This document shows positions 17,080 through 27,050 of a stretch of 32,000 nucleotides of DNA, piece by piece (position 1 is the first letter of the stretch; each line of letters begins with the position of its first letter). The translations under genes and the position numbers were made by a program. Under the pieces are notes generated by a model. The model worked only from the letters and a program-made list of their open reading frames with translations, searched no databases and was not told the DNA's origin. This DNA is from Nostoc sp. PCC 7120 = FACHB-418 (lineage in GTDB: Bacteria > Cyanobacteriota > Cyanobacteriia > Cyanobacteriales > Nostocaceae): positions 5,790,001-5,822,000 of the forward strand of contig NC_003272.1 of assembly GCF_000009705.1 (NCBI RefSeq), in the 5' to 3' direction.

Positions 17080-17436
17080 CATCAACAATACATCTGATTT
17101 AGCCTTGATCTGCGATGAAGTTTAATTAACCTGAAACAATTTCTGCTTAGTTGTCCCTATCTCAAAACCCAGTTAAATCATACTCTTCTTTAGAAATAGA
17201 ACTGTTCTAGGGCAACAGTATCTTTTGGTTAAGGTTAGTTAGAATTGATGGACTTCATGGAAATTATTCCTATCTCAGTCATATCAAGCAATCAAGGCTA
17301 AAAATCCTATTAATAAGGATACTCTCTGCGAATTTCGCCTATGATTGTGTTCTATTAGACTGCGAGGATTACGGAATTTTTAATTAACTAGAAGTTATAA
17401 ACTTGATTAATTGCATTGGTATAACTTACCTTAAGT

Positions 17437-19233
17437 ATGCAAAATTGTGCCACAGGAATGCAGATGGATTGGATTAGCTTACTCAAAGCTCAACAAGCTG
17501 ACTTCCTTCTCCGTGTGAAAAAACCGAAGACTTACGATCTGTCGTTGTTGGAAAGTCAAGTGAAAGGTTGCCACAGCGAAATTATGGCATTTTGGGGGGA
17601 GCCATTTGCCAAAATTCAGGAAGTTTCTCGCCGACAAGCTGAAATCCTTGCTAAAAATCCGCCTCCCATCCCGCCTGAATATCCAGAACCGCCTGACTGG
17701 ACGATTCCTTTCCCTATCCACTTCCAGCAGCAAGCAGAAGATTATTTCTTGCGAGAACAAATTGTTGATCGCCTCATCGTTGAACGTTTGGGTAAGTTAC
17801 TGAAAAAGTTGCCCCAGGATACTGTGAAAAACATGGTACTTGATGATGAAGGCAATTTGCGCGGTGAAAGCAAATTTACTTATTTGTTAGCAGATAACCC
17901 AAAAATCAGCGTGCAAGTTTATGTAGCAGATGGAGAAAGTTTTAATGGTATTAAGAAAGATAAAATTAAGTGGTCAGTTACTCAAGAAGATTTGAAAAAT
18001 CACCAAGTATTAATTTTTCTGTGTTTATTTTATCCATCCACAGGTAAACTTGGTTATGAAAAGCAAGCTGTAGTAGCTGGCTTTTTACCTACTAGTCACA
18101 TCGCAGTAACTGAACCAAAGCTATATTTCACCCCCAGCCATTTGTTATATGCAGGTGGATTAAGTTGGTATTTAGAATCACTCACTGCAAAAAAAGAGGC
18201 GAAACTAGATTTTCTGCCGGTAGTAATTGAGAGGACGATACCAGAAACGATTCAAACTGTACCCTCAGAACATCCCCGCAAAGAAATTATTGGTGATTGG
18301 GAATGTTGGCAGACATTAAGAGGACACATGAGAGGAATTAATTGCTTGTCTTTTAGTTCTGGGTGTGAAAATGGTTTGCCGATGTTAGCTAGTGGGAGTC
18401 GGGGAGAGACAAAACTCTGGGACTTAAACCAAGGTGAATTAATCGATACTTTGTCGGAATATCCTTGGATTGTCTCTGGGTTAGTAGATGAAGTAAATTC
18501 TCTGGCTTTTAGTGCCGATGGGCAAATGTTGGTGAGTGGCGGTGCAGACTCCACTATTAAGATTTGGCACACAGGCGCACTGGATTTAATTGATATTCTG
18601 CACAAACACAATGGGATTGTGCGGTGTGCGGCTTTTACTCCCGATGGACAGATGCTAGCAACTGGTGGCGATGATAGAAGAATCTTGTTTTGGGATTTGA
18701 TGCACCGTCAGGTCAAAGCTATTTTGTCTTTAGATGATACGGCTGCCCATTCTCTAGTTTTGAGCAGAGATGGACAAACTTTAGTTACAGGGAGCTATCG
18801 CAAAATCAAAGTTTGGCAAACTTCTGGTTCCTGGTTCGGCAAAAATCTCAAGGATGCACAACCGTTACATACCCTGATGGGTCATGGTCATATCGTGCGG
18901 TCTTTAGCAATGAGTAAAGATGGTCAACTACTGATTAGTGGCAGTTGGGATCAGACGATTAAAATTTGGCACTTGGCGACTGGGAGATTAATCCGCACCC
19001 TCAAAGGTCATACAGATAAAGTGTATGCGATCGCTTTAAGTCCTGATGAACAAATTATCGCTAGTGGTAGTTCTGATCAAACCATCAAGTTGTGGCATCT
19101 GGAAACAGGCGAGTTATTAGCTACGTTTACAGGTCACACTGATATCGTCACAGCGCTAACTTTCACTACATCCGGTGAGATGTTAGTCAGTGGCAGTTTG
19201 GATAAGACAATTAAACTTTGGCAAAGAAGTTAA
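17437..19233 (+). CDS. WD40-repeat protein with an uncharacterised ~290-aa N-terminal domain
   Basis: The C-terminal ~300 aa contains repeated GH...(V/I)x(S/A)(L/V)AFSxDGQxL(A/V)SGSxDxT(I/V)K(L/I)W units, e.g. GHTDKVYAIALSPDEQIIASGSSDQTIKLWH and GHTDIVTALTFTTSGEMLVSGSLDKTIKLWQ. Confidence 0.9.
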   Translation: MQNCATGMQMDWISLLKAQQADFLLRVKKPKTYDLSLLESQVKGCHSEIMAFWGEPFAKIQEVSRRQAEILAKNPPPIPPEYPEPPDWTIPFPIHFQQQAEDYFLREQIVDRLIVERLGKLLKKLPQDTVKNMVLDDEGNLRGESKFTYLLADNPKISVQVYVADGESFNGIKKDKIKWSVTQEDLKNHQVLIFLCLFYPSTGKLGYEKQAVVAGFLPTSHIAVTEPKLYFTPSHLLYAGGLSWYLESLTAKKEAKLDFLPVVIERTIPETIQTVPSEHPRKEIIGDWECWQTLRGHMRGINCLSFSSGCENGLPMLASGSRGETKLWDLNQGELIDTLSEYPWIVSGLVDEVNSLAFSADGQMLVSGGADSTIKIWHTGALDLIDILHKHNGIVRCAAFTPDGQMLATGGDDRRILFWDLMHRQVKAILSLDDTAAHSLVLSRDGQTLVTGSYRKIKVWQTSGSWFGKNLKDAQPLHTLMGHGHIVRSLAMSKDGQLLISGSWDQTIKIWHLATGRLIRTLKGHTDKVYAIALSPDEQIIASGSSDQTIKLWHLETGELLATFTGHTDIVTALTFTTSGEMLVSGSLDKTIKLWQRS

Positions 19234-19306
19234 TGAGGTATCATTGGTCAACAGTCAATAGTTATTTGTTTCTTTTCCTGCATTTTTTATGTTTCTAGAG
19301 CCACTC

Positions 19307-19337
19307 AACAGCGCTAATCAAATTAGCGTTGTTTTTT
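19307..19337 (+). terminator. Rho-independent terminator downstream of the WD40 gene
   Basis: aacagcgctaat (19307-19318) pairs with attagcgttgtt (19322-19333): 12 bp including one G-U, with a 3-nt loop. The T-run 19332-19337 begins within the last two stem pairs and extends past the stem. Confidence 0.7.
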
Positions 19338-19642
19338 GGCATATCTTTAAATAATGTTTTTGCCAGTGGTTTTTGATGTGTAAAAATCGCTCATGCAGAT
19401 ACGGGGTATTCAGCCAGCAGATGCGAAAACAACTGATACACACTCCCATAATCAAAAGCTGTCAATATCAAGTTATTATTGTGATATTTTAGAACAAATA
19501 AGTGCATAAACTTGAGAGTAAGACGAGTTATCACCTAAATATTTCGGGTGCGATGATGTTACACCCCACTGCGGATAATGGTTTTGAAGAGGTACTTGGC
19601 AGATTTAAGGATAAATAGCATTTTGATATTGCAGCTGGAGGA

Positions 19643-22468
19643 ATGGGCAAAATAATGCCAGTGAGTAACACGAAGCCTTCTTTGCAGCGCCAAATTAAAA
19701 CTATGATTCGTTCTAGTGTTCAAACTGCTCAAAAGCTACCTTTGCGCTTGATTTTGGTTGTTCCTTTTGTGCTGCAAATTTTCACAGCAGTAAGTCTTGT
19801 AGGTTATCTCTCTTTTAAAAATGGACAAAAGGCAGTAAATGAACTCGCTGACCAGCTAATTGTGAAAGTGAATGGGTTAGTTGATCAACATCTTGATAGT
19901 TACTTAGCAGCCCCTCTCCAGATTAATCAAATCAATGTGGATGCTACCAATTTAGGAATGCTGAATCTGGAAAATTTTCAGACTACAGGACGTTATTTCT
20001 GGCAGCAAATGCAGGTATTTAATGTTGGTTATATTAGTTTTGCTAATCTCCAAGGAGAATTTATTGGAGTTGAACGCTTAGATAAAGGTGGACTCTTAAT
20101 TAATGAAGTTTCCCAAAAAAATGGGATTGGCAAACTGTATGTTTATACTACCAATAATCAAGGCGATCGCCAGCAATTAATAGCAGTTAAAGATTATGAT
20201 CCTCATGTAGAAGCTTGGTATGCAGATGCAGTTAAGGCAGGTAAACCTGTCTGGAGTCAGATTTATTCATGGGAAGATAAACCAGAAGTTTTATCTATAT
20301 CTGCAAGTTATCCGATCAATGACAATAATAATAAATTTTTTGGTGTGATTAGTGTTGACTTAATACTATCACAAATTAACAGCTTTTTAGCCAATTTGAA
20401 AGTCGGACAAACAGGACAAATATTTATTTTAGAACGCTCTGGAATGATCGTTGCTTCTTCTACTAGTGAAGCACCATACAAAGTGATAAGTGGCAAAGCA
20501 CAAAGGCTATCGGCACACCAGAGTCAAAATTATTTACTTCGAGAAACAACGGATTATCTGCAACAAAAATTCGGTCAACTAAAAAACGTTAAGAGTTATC
20601 AACAGACTGTATTGCAACTACAACATGAAAGACATTTTGTGCAAGTAAGACCTTGGAACGATAAATTAGGTTTGGATTGGTTAGTGATTGTCGTTGTTCC
20701 TGAGAGCGACTTTATGGGACAAATCAATACCAACAATCGCACAACTATTTTACTTTGTTTGTGGGCGCTGATCATAGCGACGGCAATGGGTGTATATACT
20801 TCCCGTTGGATTGCTCGTCCTATTGTGCAGTTAACTCAAGCTAGTAGTGCGATCGCTTCTGGTAACCTTGACCAAGAGGTGAGGGTTTCTGGCTTAAAAG
20901 AATTGAGTACGCTTGCCACATCTTTTAATCAAATGGCAGGACAACTACGTGATAGTTTCGCAGAATTAGAAAAAACCAATCAAGAATTAGAAAATAGAGT
21001 TGCGGAACGAACGGCGGAAATCACAGCAGCTAAAGAAGTGGCTGATGCTGCTAACCGTGCAAAAAGCGAATTCTTGGCTAATATGAGCCATGAATTACGC
21101 ACCCCACTAAATGGTATTCTTGGCTATGCACAAATTTTGCAACTTGATTCAAATACTAATGACGAGCAAATGCAAGGTTTGAACACCATTTATGAGTGTG
21201 GCTCTCATTTGCTGACCTTAATTAATGATATTTTAGATATTGCCAAAATTGAAGCTAAAAAATTAGAACTCTATCCTCAGGAATTTGATCTGGGAAGATT
21301 ATTGCTCGGCGTTTGTGAGATGTGCCATATTAAAGTAGAGCAAAAAGGAATTAGTTTTAAATATCAATTTAATGATTATATTCCTTCTAAAACTTTTGCT
21401 GATGAGAAACGGATACGCCAGGTATTAATTAATATTCTGAGTAACGCTATTAAGTTTACGGATAATGGTACAGTCACTTTTGATGTAGAAGTAGTTGCCT
21501 GTACAGGTACAAAATTAATTACCAATACAAATCAGATACTGCCAGTTCATCAACTGAGATTCCAAATTGAAGATACAGGTATTGGGATGACAGATGAACA
21601 ACTCAAAAAAATATTTTTGCCCTTTGAGCAAGTAGGAGATAATTTACATAAATCAGAAGGAACAGGTTTAGGACTAGCAATTAGTAGTCAAATTCTAGAA
21701 TTGATGGGTAGTGATATTAAAGTTGAGAGTGTATATGGTAAAGGAACTAAGTTTTGGTTTGATTTAGATTTACCTATAATTGATACTGGGAAAATCTCTT
21801 TATCAGTTGAAAGTCAAAAAAATATTATTGGCTATGAAGGGAAGACAAAAAGTATCTTAATTATTGATAGTAGTTGGGAAAAACGTGATATTTTCGCCAA
21901 TTTATTATCATCCTTAGGGTTTAAGTTAACTGAGGTTAGTAATTTACAAGAGAGTTTAGATAAGATAAAAGCTGAACATCCCGATTTAATTATTGCTGAT
22001 ATCGCCATGCCGGAAATAAATAACTTGCAGGCGACAACAATGATGCGATCGCAAGTAGAATTTGCAAAGTTGGTGATAATTGCTTCGTCAGCTAGTGTAT
22101 CTGAATATACTCGTCAGCAAAGTCAAGAAGCTGGTTATGATGATTTTTTAGCGAAACCTGTAAAGGTTGAAGACCTATTTAATATGTTACAAACTTATTT
22201 ATCTTTAAAATGGATTTACTCACCTAATGATGATTCCTCAGCTAAAATTTCATCTATAGAAGAAATTATATTTCCCCCTCCTACGGAATTGGTTAATTTA
22301 TATCAAGCTGCTAAAGCTGGTTATGTAGTTGGTATCCAAGAAGAAATCACCAGGATTCAGCAATTAGATAAAAAATATACGCGTTTTACCGTTAAAGTTT
22401 CAGAATTAATAGCAGAGTTTGAAGATGAGGCAATTGTTTCTATGATTCAACCTCATCTATCATATTGA
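19643..22468 (+). CDS. Hybrid sensor histidine kinase: TM, periplasmic Cache-like domain, TM, HAMP, HisKA, HATPase, REC and an ~85-aa C-terminal tail
   Basis: Two TM segments ([25 protein letters not shown]; [24 protein letters not shown]) flank a ~300-aa extracytoplasmic region. The HAMP-like region includes [22 protein letters not shown]. The H-box is [18 protein letters not shown] boxes are [16 protein letters not shown] and GTGLGLAIS. The receiver has [10 protein letters not shown] and LAKP. Confidence 0.9.
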   Translation: MGKIMPVSNTKPSLQRQIKTMIRSSVQTAQKLPLRLILVVPFVLQIFTAVSLVGYLSFKNGQKAVNELADQLIVKVNGLVDQHLDSYLAAPLQINQINVDATNLGMLNLENFQTTGRYFWQQMQVFNVGYISFANLQGEFIGVERLDKGGLLINEVSQKNGIGKLYVYTTNNQGDRQQLIAVKDYDPHVEAWYADAVKAGKPVWSQIYSWEDKPEVLSISASYPINDNNNKFFGVISVDLILSQINSFLANLKVGQTGQIFILERSGMIVASSTSEAPYKVISGKAQRLSAHQSQNYLLRETTDYLQQKFGQLKNVKSYQQTVLQLQHERHFVQVRPWNDKLGLDWLVIVVVPESDFMGQINTNNRTTILLCLWALIIATAMGVYTSRWIARPIVQLTQASSAIASGNLDQEVRVSGLKELSTLATSFNQMAGQLRDSFAELEKTNQELENRVAERTAEITAAKEVADAANRAKSEFLANMSHELRTPLNGILGYAQILQLDSNTNDEQMQGLNTIYECGSHLLTLINDILDIAKIEAKKLELYPQEFDLGRLLLGVCEMCHIKVEQKGISFKYQFNDYIPSKTFADEKRIRQVLINILSNAIKFTDNGTVTFDVEVVACTGTKLITNTNQILPVHQLRFQIEDTGIGMTDEQLKKIFLPFEQVGDNLHKSEGTGLGLAISSQILELMGSDIKVESVYGKGTKFWFDLDLPIIDTGKISLSVESQKNIIGYEGKTKSILIIDSSWEKRDIFANLLSSLGFKLTEVSNLQESLDKIKAEHPDLIIADIAMPEINNLQATTMMRSQVEFAKLVIIASSASVSEYTRQQSQEAGYDDFLAKPVKVEDLFNMLQTYLSLKWIYSPNDDSSAKISSIEEIIFPPPTELVNLYQAAKAGYVVGIQEEITRIQQLDKKYTRFTVKVSELIAEFEDEAIVSMIQPHLSY

Positions 22469-22605
22469 TATTGATAAATCCTTCACTAATAACACCAAAA
22501 ATTTATTATACATATTTATGTTTAAGACAATAAAAATGTATTTTTTTCAGGAAAGTTATTAAATAAAGATGAATCTAAAACTATGATGTTTCACAGGATA
22601 ATTAG

Positions 22606-23829
22606 ATGAGCAGTCCCATAAATAACTCAGTCTTAATTGTAGATGATATCCCGACTAACATCAAGGTTTTGTTTGACATTCTCAATCAGGCTGGTTTTCG
22701 AGTCTCTGTTGCTAAAAATGGTCTAAGCGCGTTAGCAAAAGTACAAGAAACATTACCAAATTTGATTTTATTAGATGTCATGATGCCTGGTATGGATGGA
22801 TTTGAAACTTGCCGCCACCTAAAGGCCAATCCCAAAACCAAGGACATTCCCGTAATTTTCATGACGGCTCTATCTGATACAGTAAATAAAGTCAAAGGGT
22901 TGCAAATTGGAGCAGTTGACTATATTACTAAACCTATTGAATATGAAGAAGTTTTAGCGAGAATCAATGTCCATTTAGAATTGCGGCGGACTCAATTAAA
23001 GCTAGCACAAGAGGAGAAAATGTCTTCTTTGGGTCAATTGGTAGCAGGAATTGCCCATGAAATTAATAATCCAGTTAATTTTGTTTATGGGAATTTAGCC
23101 CACGCTCAAAATTATGTTGGAGACTTATTAAATTTATTAAAATTGTATGAGAATCATACAGCTAACCCAAGTCCCGAAATTCAAGAATTCTCCAAAAGTA
23201 TTGAATTAGAGTTTATTAAACAAGATTTACCACATCTATTATCTTCGATGCAAATGGGGACTGAGAGAGTGGAGAAAATCGTGCGATCGCTGCGTTTATT
23301 CTCTCGATTGGAAGATCTAGAATTTCAACTGTTTAACTTACATGAAGGTATTGATAGTACACTCATAATTTTAAGTCACCGCCTCAAAATTTTGCCTACA
23401 GATTCAACAATTAATATTATTAAGGAATATGGTGATATCCCTTTGGTGGAGTGCTATTCTGGAAAACTTAACCAAGTATTCATGAATTTGCTGGCTAATG
23501 CCATTGAGGCATTAGAGGAGTCAGTAATTAATAGAGAAAGAACTGATACATTGACAATTGGAATTCGGACAAAAGTCACGGATGACCAAAAATCAGTATT
23601 AATTGAAATTACAGATAATGGTGTTGGTATTCCTCTAGAAGTACAACAGCGCATTTTTGAGCAATTTTTCACTACCAAGCCTTTAGGTAAAGGTACAGGT
23701 TTAGGATTGGCGATCGCTCATGAGATTATAGTCGAAAAACATGGGGGTACTCTACAGGTACAATCTACTCCGGGAAAAGGTACCCAATTTTTAATCACTA
23801 TTCCCATTCAGCAAGTGATTAGATATTAA
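22606..23829 (+). CDS. Response-regulator receiver fused to a histidine kinase (REC-HK), paralogue A
   Basis: REC motifs: LIVDDIPTN, LILLDVMMPGMDGFE, FMTALSD, ITKP. Kinase motifs: AHEINNPVNF (H-box), NLLANAIEAL (N-box), [21 protein letters not shown]. Confidence 0.9.
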   Translation: MSSPINNSVLIVDDIPTNIKVLFDILNQAGFRVSVAKNGLSALAKVQETLPNLILLDVMMPGMDGFETCRHLKANPKTKDIPVIFMTALSDTVNKVKGLQIGAVDYITKPIEYEEVLARINVHLELRRTQLKLAQEEKMSSLGQLVAGIAHEINNPVNFVYGNLAHAQNYVGDLLNLLKLYENHTANPSPEIQEFSKSIELEFIKQDLPHLLSSMQMGTERVEKIVRSLRLFSRLEDLEFQLFNLHEGIDSTLIILSHRLKILPTDSTINIIKEYGDIPLVECYSGKLNQVFMNLLANAIEALEESVINRERTDTLTIGIRTKVTDDQKSVLIEITDNGVGIPLEVQQRIFEQFFTTKPLGKGTGLGLAIAHEIIVEKHGGTLQVQSTPGKGTQFLITIPIQQVIRY

Positions 23830-24306
23830 TGTTAGCTATTTTTACGGTAATAATACTTTACTATCTGTTTGGAAAAAATAATCAGGTAGTAATTGCTGCT
23901 TCAGCAGAAAAGTATTTAGGAGCCATGACAGCTTGATTTCTGTACCTATATTTTATCTTTATGATTCTTTAACTCAATCTAGTCATGAACTCTCATACAG
24001 ATGAGTCCAACATAAATCAACCTGGACTACTATATATTGATGTTATAACAATTATTGGTTGTGGCTGTTGCTCTATTACAATTTCTGGGAATCATAATCT
24101 TATAGGTTATTTATAAAGCAAGAATAACATTTATGCTGGGGAGCTTGTCTCTGTTGTAGCAACTGGTATTGTGCCAGGAACGTATGTAGACATGATTGGT
24201 CAGGGGAATAATAATTTAAGCGATGAACACACTCAAGACTTACTTTATAAATAGTCTTGTATTCCATTGGCAGTGAATCACTATAAAATCCGCGAGTTCA
24301 AATCAA

Positions 24307-25638
24307 ATGCTTGATACATCAACCGAAACTAGCTTTATTTTAATCGTAGATGATACCCTAACCAATCTCGAAATTATCTCTGAAGCATTGATTGGCGCAG
24401 GTTTTGAAGTAGCCACCGCAGTTGATGGAAAAAAAGCACTCGAACAGATACAAATTAGAGTGCCAGATTTAATTCTGCTGGATGTCATGATGCCAATAAT
24501 GGATGGATTTGAAACCTGTAAAAACTTGAAAATTCAGCCAGAAACTCACGACATTCCCGTGATTTTCATGACAGCAATTACCGATACAAATAGTAAAGTA
24601 GAAGCCTTAAGTTTAGGTGCAGTTGATTACATTACTAAGCCATTCCATAAAGCGGAAGTATTAGCTCGTATCTCTTCCCATTTGCAACTAAGAAGCCTGA
24701 ATAAAAATTTAGAAAAACGAGTTACTGAACGTACGGCGGAATTAAATCAAGCATTAAAAGACCTACAAGATTATCAACTCCAACTTGTACAACAAGAAAA
24801 AATGTCTGTTCTTGGACAATTAGTAACAGGATTAGCTCATGAAATTAATAACCCAGTCAGTTGTATTTATGGCAATTTAGGTCACGCTTTAACATATTTT
24901 GAAAATATGAATAAGCTGATTAATTTATATCAAAGTTACTATCCCCATCCTGTACAAGAAATTCAAGACGAAATCAGTGAGATGGATTTAGCTTATGTGC
25001 GCTCTGACTTACCCAATTTAATTTTTTCTATGAAAGAAGGGATTCAGCGCATCCGAGATATTAGCAGGAGTCTACGTATTTTTTCCAGATCAGACACAGA
25101 GAAAAAAATTCAGTTTGATATTCATGAAGGAATTGATAGCACTATTTTAATACTCAAACATCGATTGAAAGGGTCTGAAAATCATCCTGATATTGAAATT
25201 AAACGAGATTATGGTGTTATACCTCAAGTTAACTGCTTTCCTGGGCAATTAAATCAGGTGTTCATGAATATTTTAGCTAATGCCATTGATGCCTTGGAGG
25301 AATCATTTAGTCATAAATATTCTTCAATAATAGATAGTGCAGTAACTGATAATCAAAAACTAATGGCTGAGACTCCAAAAATCATCATTCAGACAATGCT
25401 GAGTGAAGATCAAAGTCATGCTTTAATTAAAATTCAAGATAATGGCATAGGAATGCCACATCAAATTAAAGAAAGAATATTTGATAATTTGTTTACTACT
25501 AAACCCGTGGGTAAAGGTACAGGTTTAGGATTATCAATTTCTCGGCAAATTATCATTCAAAAACATGGCGGGAAACTTGAGGTAAATTCAGAACCAGGAA
25601 GAGGCTCAGAATTTATTATTAACATCCCTATTGAATAA
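24307..25638 (+). CDS. Response-regulator receiver fused to a histidine kinase (REC-HK), paralogue B
   Basis: REC motifs: LIVDDTLTN, LILLDVMMPIMDGFE, FMTAITD, ITKP. Kinase motifs: AHEINNPVSC, NILANAIDAL, DNGIGMP, GKGTGLGLSISRQI. Confidence 0.9.
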   Translation: MLDTSTETSFILIVDDTLTNLEIISEALIGAGFEVATAVDGKKALEQIQIRVPDLILLDVMMPIMDGFETCKNLKIQPETHDIPVIFMTAITDTNSKVEALSLGAVDYITKPFHKAEVLARISSHLQLRSLNKNLEKRVTERTAELNQALKDLQDYQLQLVQQEKMSVLGQLVTGLAHEINNPVSCIYGNLGHALTYFENMNKLINLYQSYYPHPVQEIQDEISEMDLAYVRSDLPNLIFSMKEGIQRIRDISRSLRIFSRSDTEKKIQFDIHEGIDSTILILKHRLKGSENHPDIEIKRDYGVIPQVNCFPGQLNQVFMNILANAIDALEESFSHKYSSIIDSAVTDNQKLMAETPKIIIQTMLSEDQSHALIKIQDNGIGMPHQIKERIFDNLFTTKPVGKGTGLGLSISRQIIIQKHGGKLEVNSEPGRGSEFIINIPIE

Positions 25639-25886
25639 CTATGTCAGTTGTCAAACTTAATTTCTCTAGCTAATTATGTATTTGGGTAAAAGTTAATCAA
25701 AGCCAGGATGTTTTCTATCATCCTTAAATAATTGATAAATTAATCTTTGTTCACAGTACAACTTATCATAAATTCATGAACAATTTAGTATGAATTCATC
25801 GCTAATTTATGTGATTTGCAAATTTATTCAGAAAACTAGGGAACTATATTGCTGTAGGGATTAGTGTTTTACAGAGTAAAACGACG

Positions 25887-27035
25887 ATGAAAATAGTAGT
25901 AGCCCACAGCAACGACCCAGATTCTCTATCAGCAGTTAAAGAAATTCTTCAGCAATCAAAAGATTCTCTTCAAGGAAATAATCCTCAAGCGGGAATTTTA
26001 TTTGCAGCTATTGATTTTGATCATTCCCTAATTCTGGAAAATATTAATCAGGCTTTTCCGGGTATTGAGTTGATTGGTGGAACCACAGATGGAGAAATTT
26101 CTTCACTGCTAGAATTTCAGCAAGACTCAATAACTTTAATGCTATTCTGCTCGGATGAAATTGAAATTCTTGCAGGTGTGGGATATCAGGTTTCACACAA
26201 TCCAATTGCGGCGACTCAAGAAGCTGTACAAAAAGCCAAAGCCAAAAGCACAACCGAACCTCAGTTATGTTTAACCCATCCAGAAAGTCTCACAACTAGT
26301 GGTGTGTCCATCTTAGATGGCTTAAAATTGGCTTTAGGAGAAAAATTTCCCATTTTCGGGGGTTTAGCAGCTGATCAATCAGTATATCAAAACACCCACC
26401 AATTCTTTAAAACAGAAGTCTTGAGCGACGCTGTACCAATTCTGCTCTTTTGTGGTCAGGTTTTATTTTCCCACGGTATCGCCAGTGGTTGGTTCCCCAT
26501 TGGTAAAACCAGCAAAGTCACCAAAGTAGATAAAAATATAGTCTATGAGATTGATGGTCAACCAGCTTTAGAATTTTATCGACATTATTTAGGTCAGCTT
26601 CCGCCTTCAATGGAATATCCTTTAGCCGTGTTTACTCATGATGAAACGAGTTTTTATCTGAGAGCGCCGATCGCCTATGATGAACAATCAGGTAGTATTA
26701 CTTTCTTTGCGGATATTCCCGAACAAGCAAGTATTAACATGGCTGAAGCAGGTAAGGATGATATTTTGGCTGCTTCTCAAGCATCATTTATGACAGCCTT
26801 CAAGAATTACCCAGGAACCGAACCAGCAGGTGTTCTCTTTTTCTCTTGTGTAGCTCGAAGACAACTACTAGGTACACAAGCTCAACAAGAATATCTAAAT
26901 ACTAAAAATATTCTTAGTAAGGATTTACCATGCTGTGGTTTTTATTGTAATGGGGAAATTTCACCTATACAACCAACAGGTGAAACACACTTTCATAATG
27001 AAACTTTTGTCACTTTAATTTTAGGAACTCGTTAA
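25887..27035 (+). CDS. FIST-domain (FIST_N + FIST_C) signal-sensing protein
   Basis: The 382-aa soluble protein has typical FIST features as I recall them: the N-terminal block GILFAAIDFDHSLIL...FPGIELIGGTTDGEI and the C-terminal block GVLFFSCVARRQLLG...CCGFYCNGEISP. It needs HMM confirmation. Confidence 0.75.
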   Translation: MKIVVAHSNDPDSLSAVKEILQQSKDSLQGNNPQAGILFAAIDFDHSLILENINQAFPGIELIGGTTDGEISSLLEFQQDSITLMLFCSDEIEILAGVGYQVSHNPIAATQEAVQKAKAKSTTEPQLCLTHPESLTTSGVSILDGLKLALGEKFPIFGGLAADQSVYQNTHQFFKTEVLSDAVPILLFCGQVLFSHGIASGWFPIGKTSKVTKVDKNIVYEIDGQPALEFYRHYLGQLPPSMEYPLAVFTHDETSFYLRAPIAYDEQSGSITFFADIPEQASINMAEAGKDDILAASQASFMTAFKNYPGTEPAGVLFFSCVARRQLLGTQAQQEYLNTKNILSKDLPCCGFYCNGEISPIQPTGETHFHNETFVTLILGTR

Positions 27036-27050
27036 TAATTTAAGGATTGT

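Noticed and set aside
17479-18611. ORFs 17479..17760(-), 17606..17803(+) and 18252..18611(-) overlapping the WD40 gene
   Set aside because: They are embedded in a long CDS with clear WD40 repeats, and none has independent support.
19393-19494. 33-codon ORF (MQIRGIQPADAKTTDTHSHNQKLSISSYYCDIL) upstream of the hybrid kinase
   Set aside because: It has no RBS and no recognisable features. Its length is within chance expectation for a 400-bp spacer.
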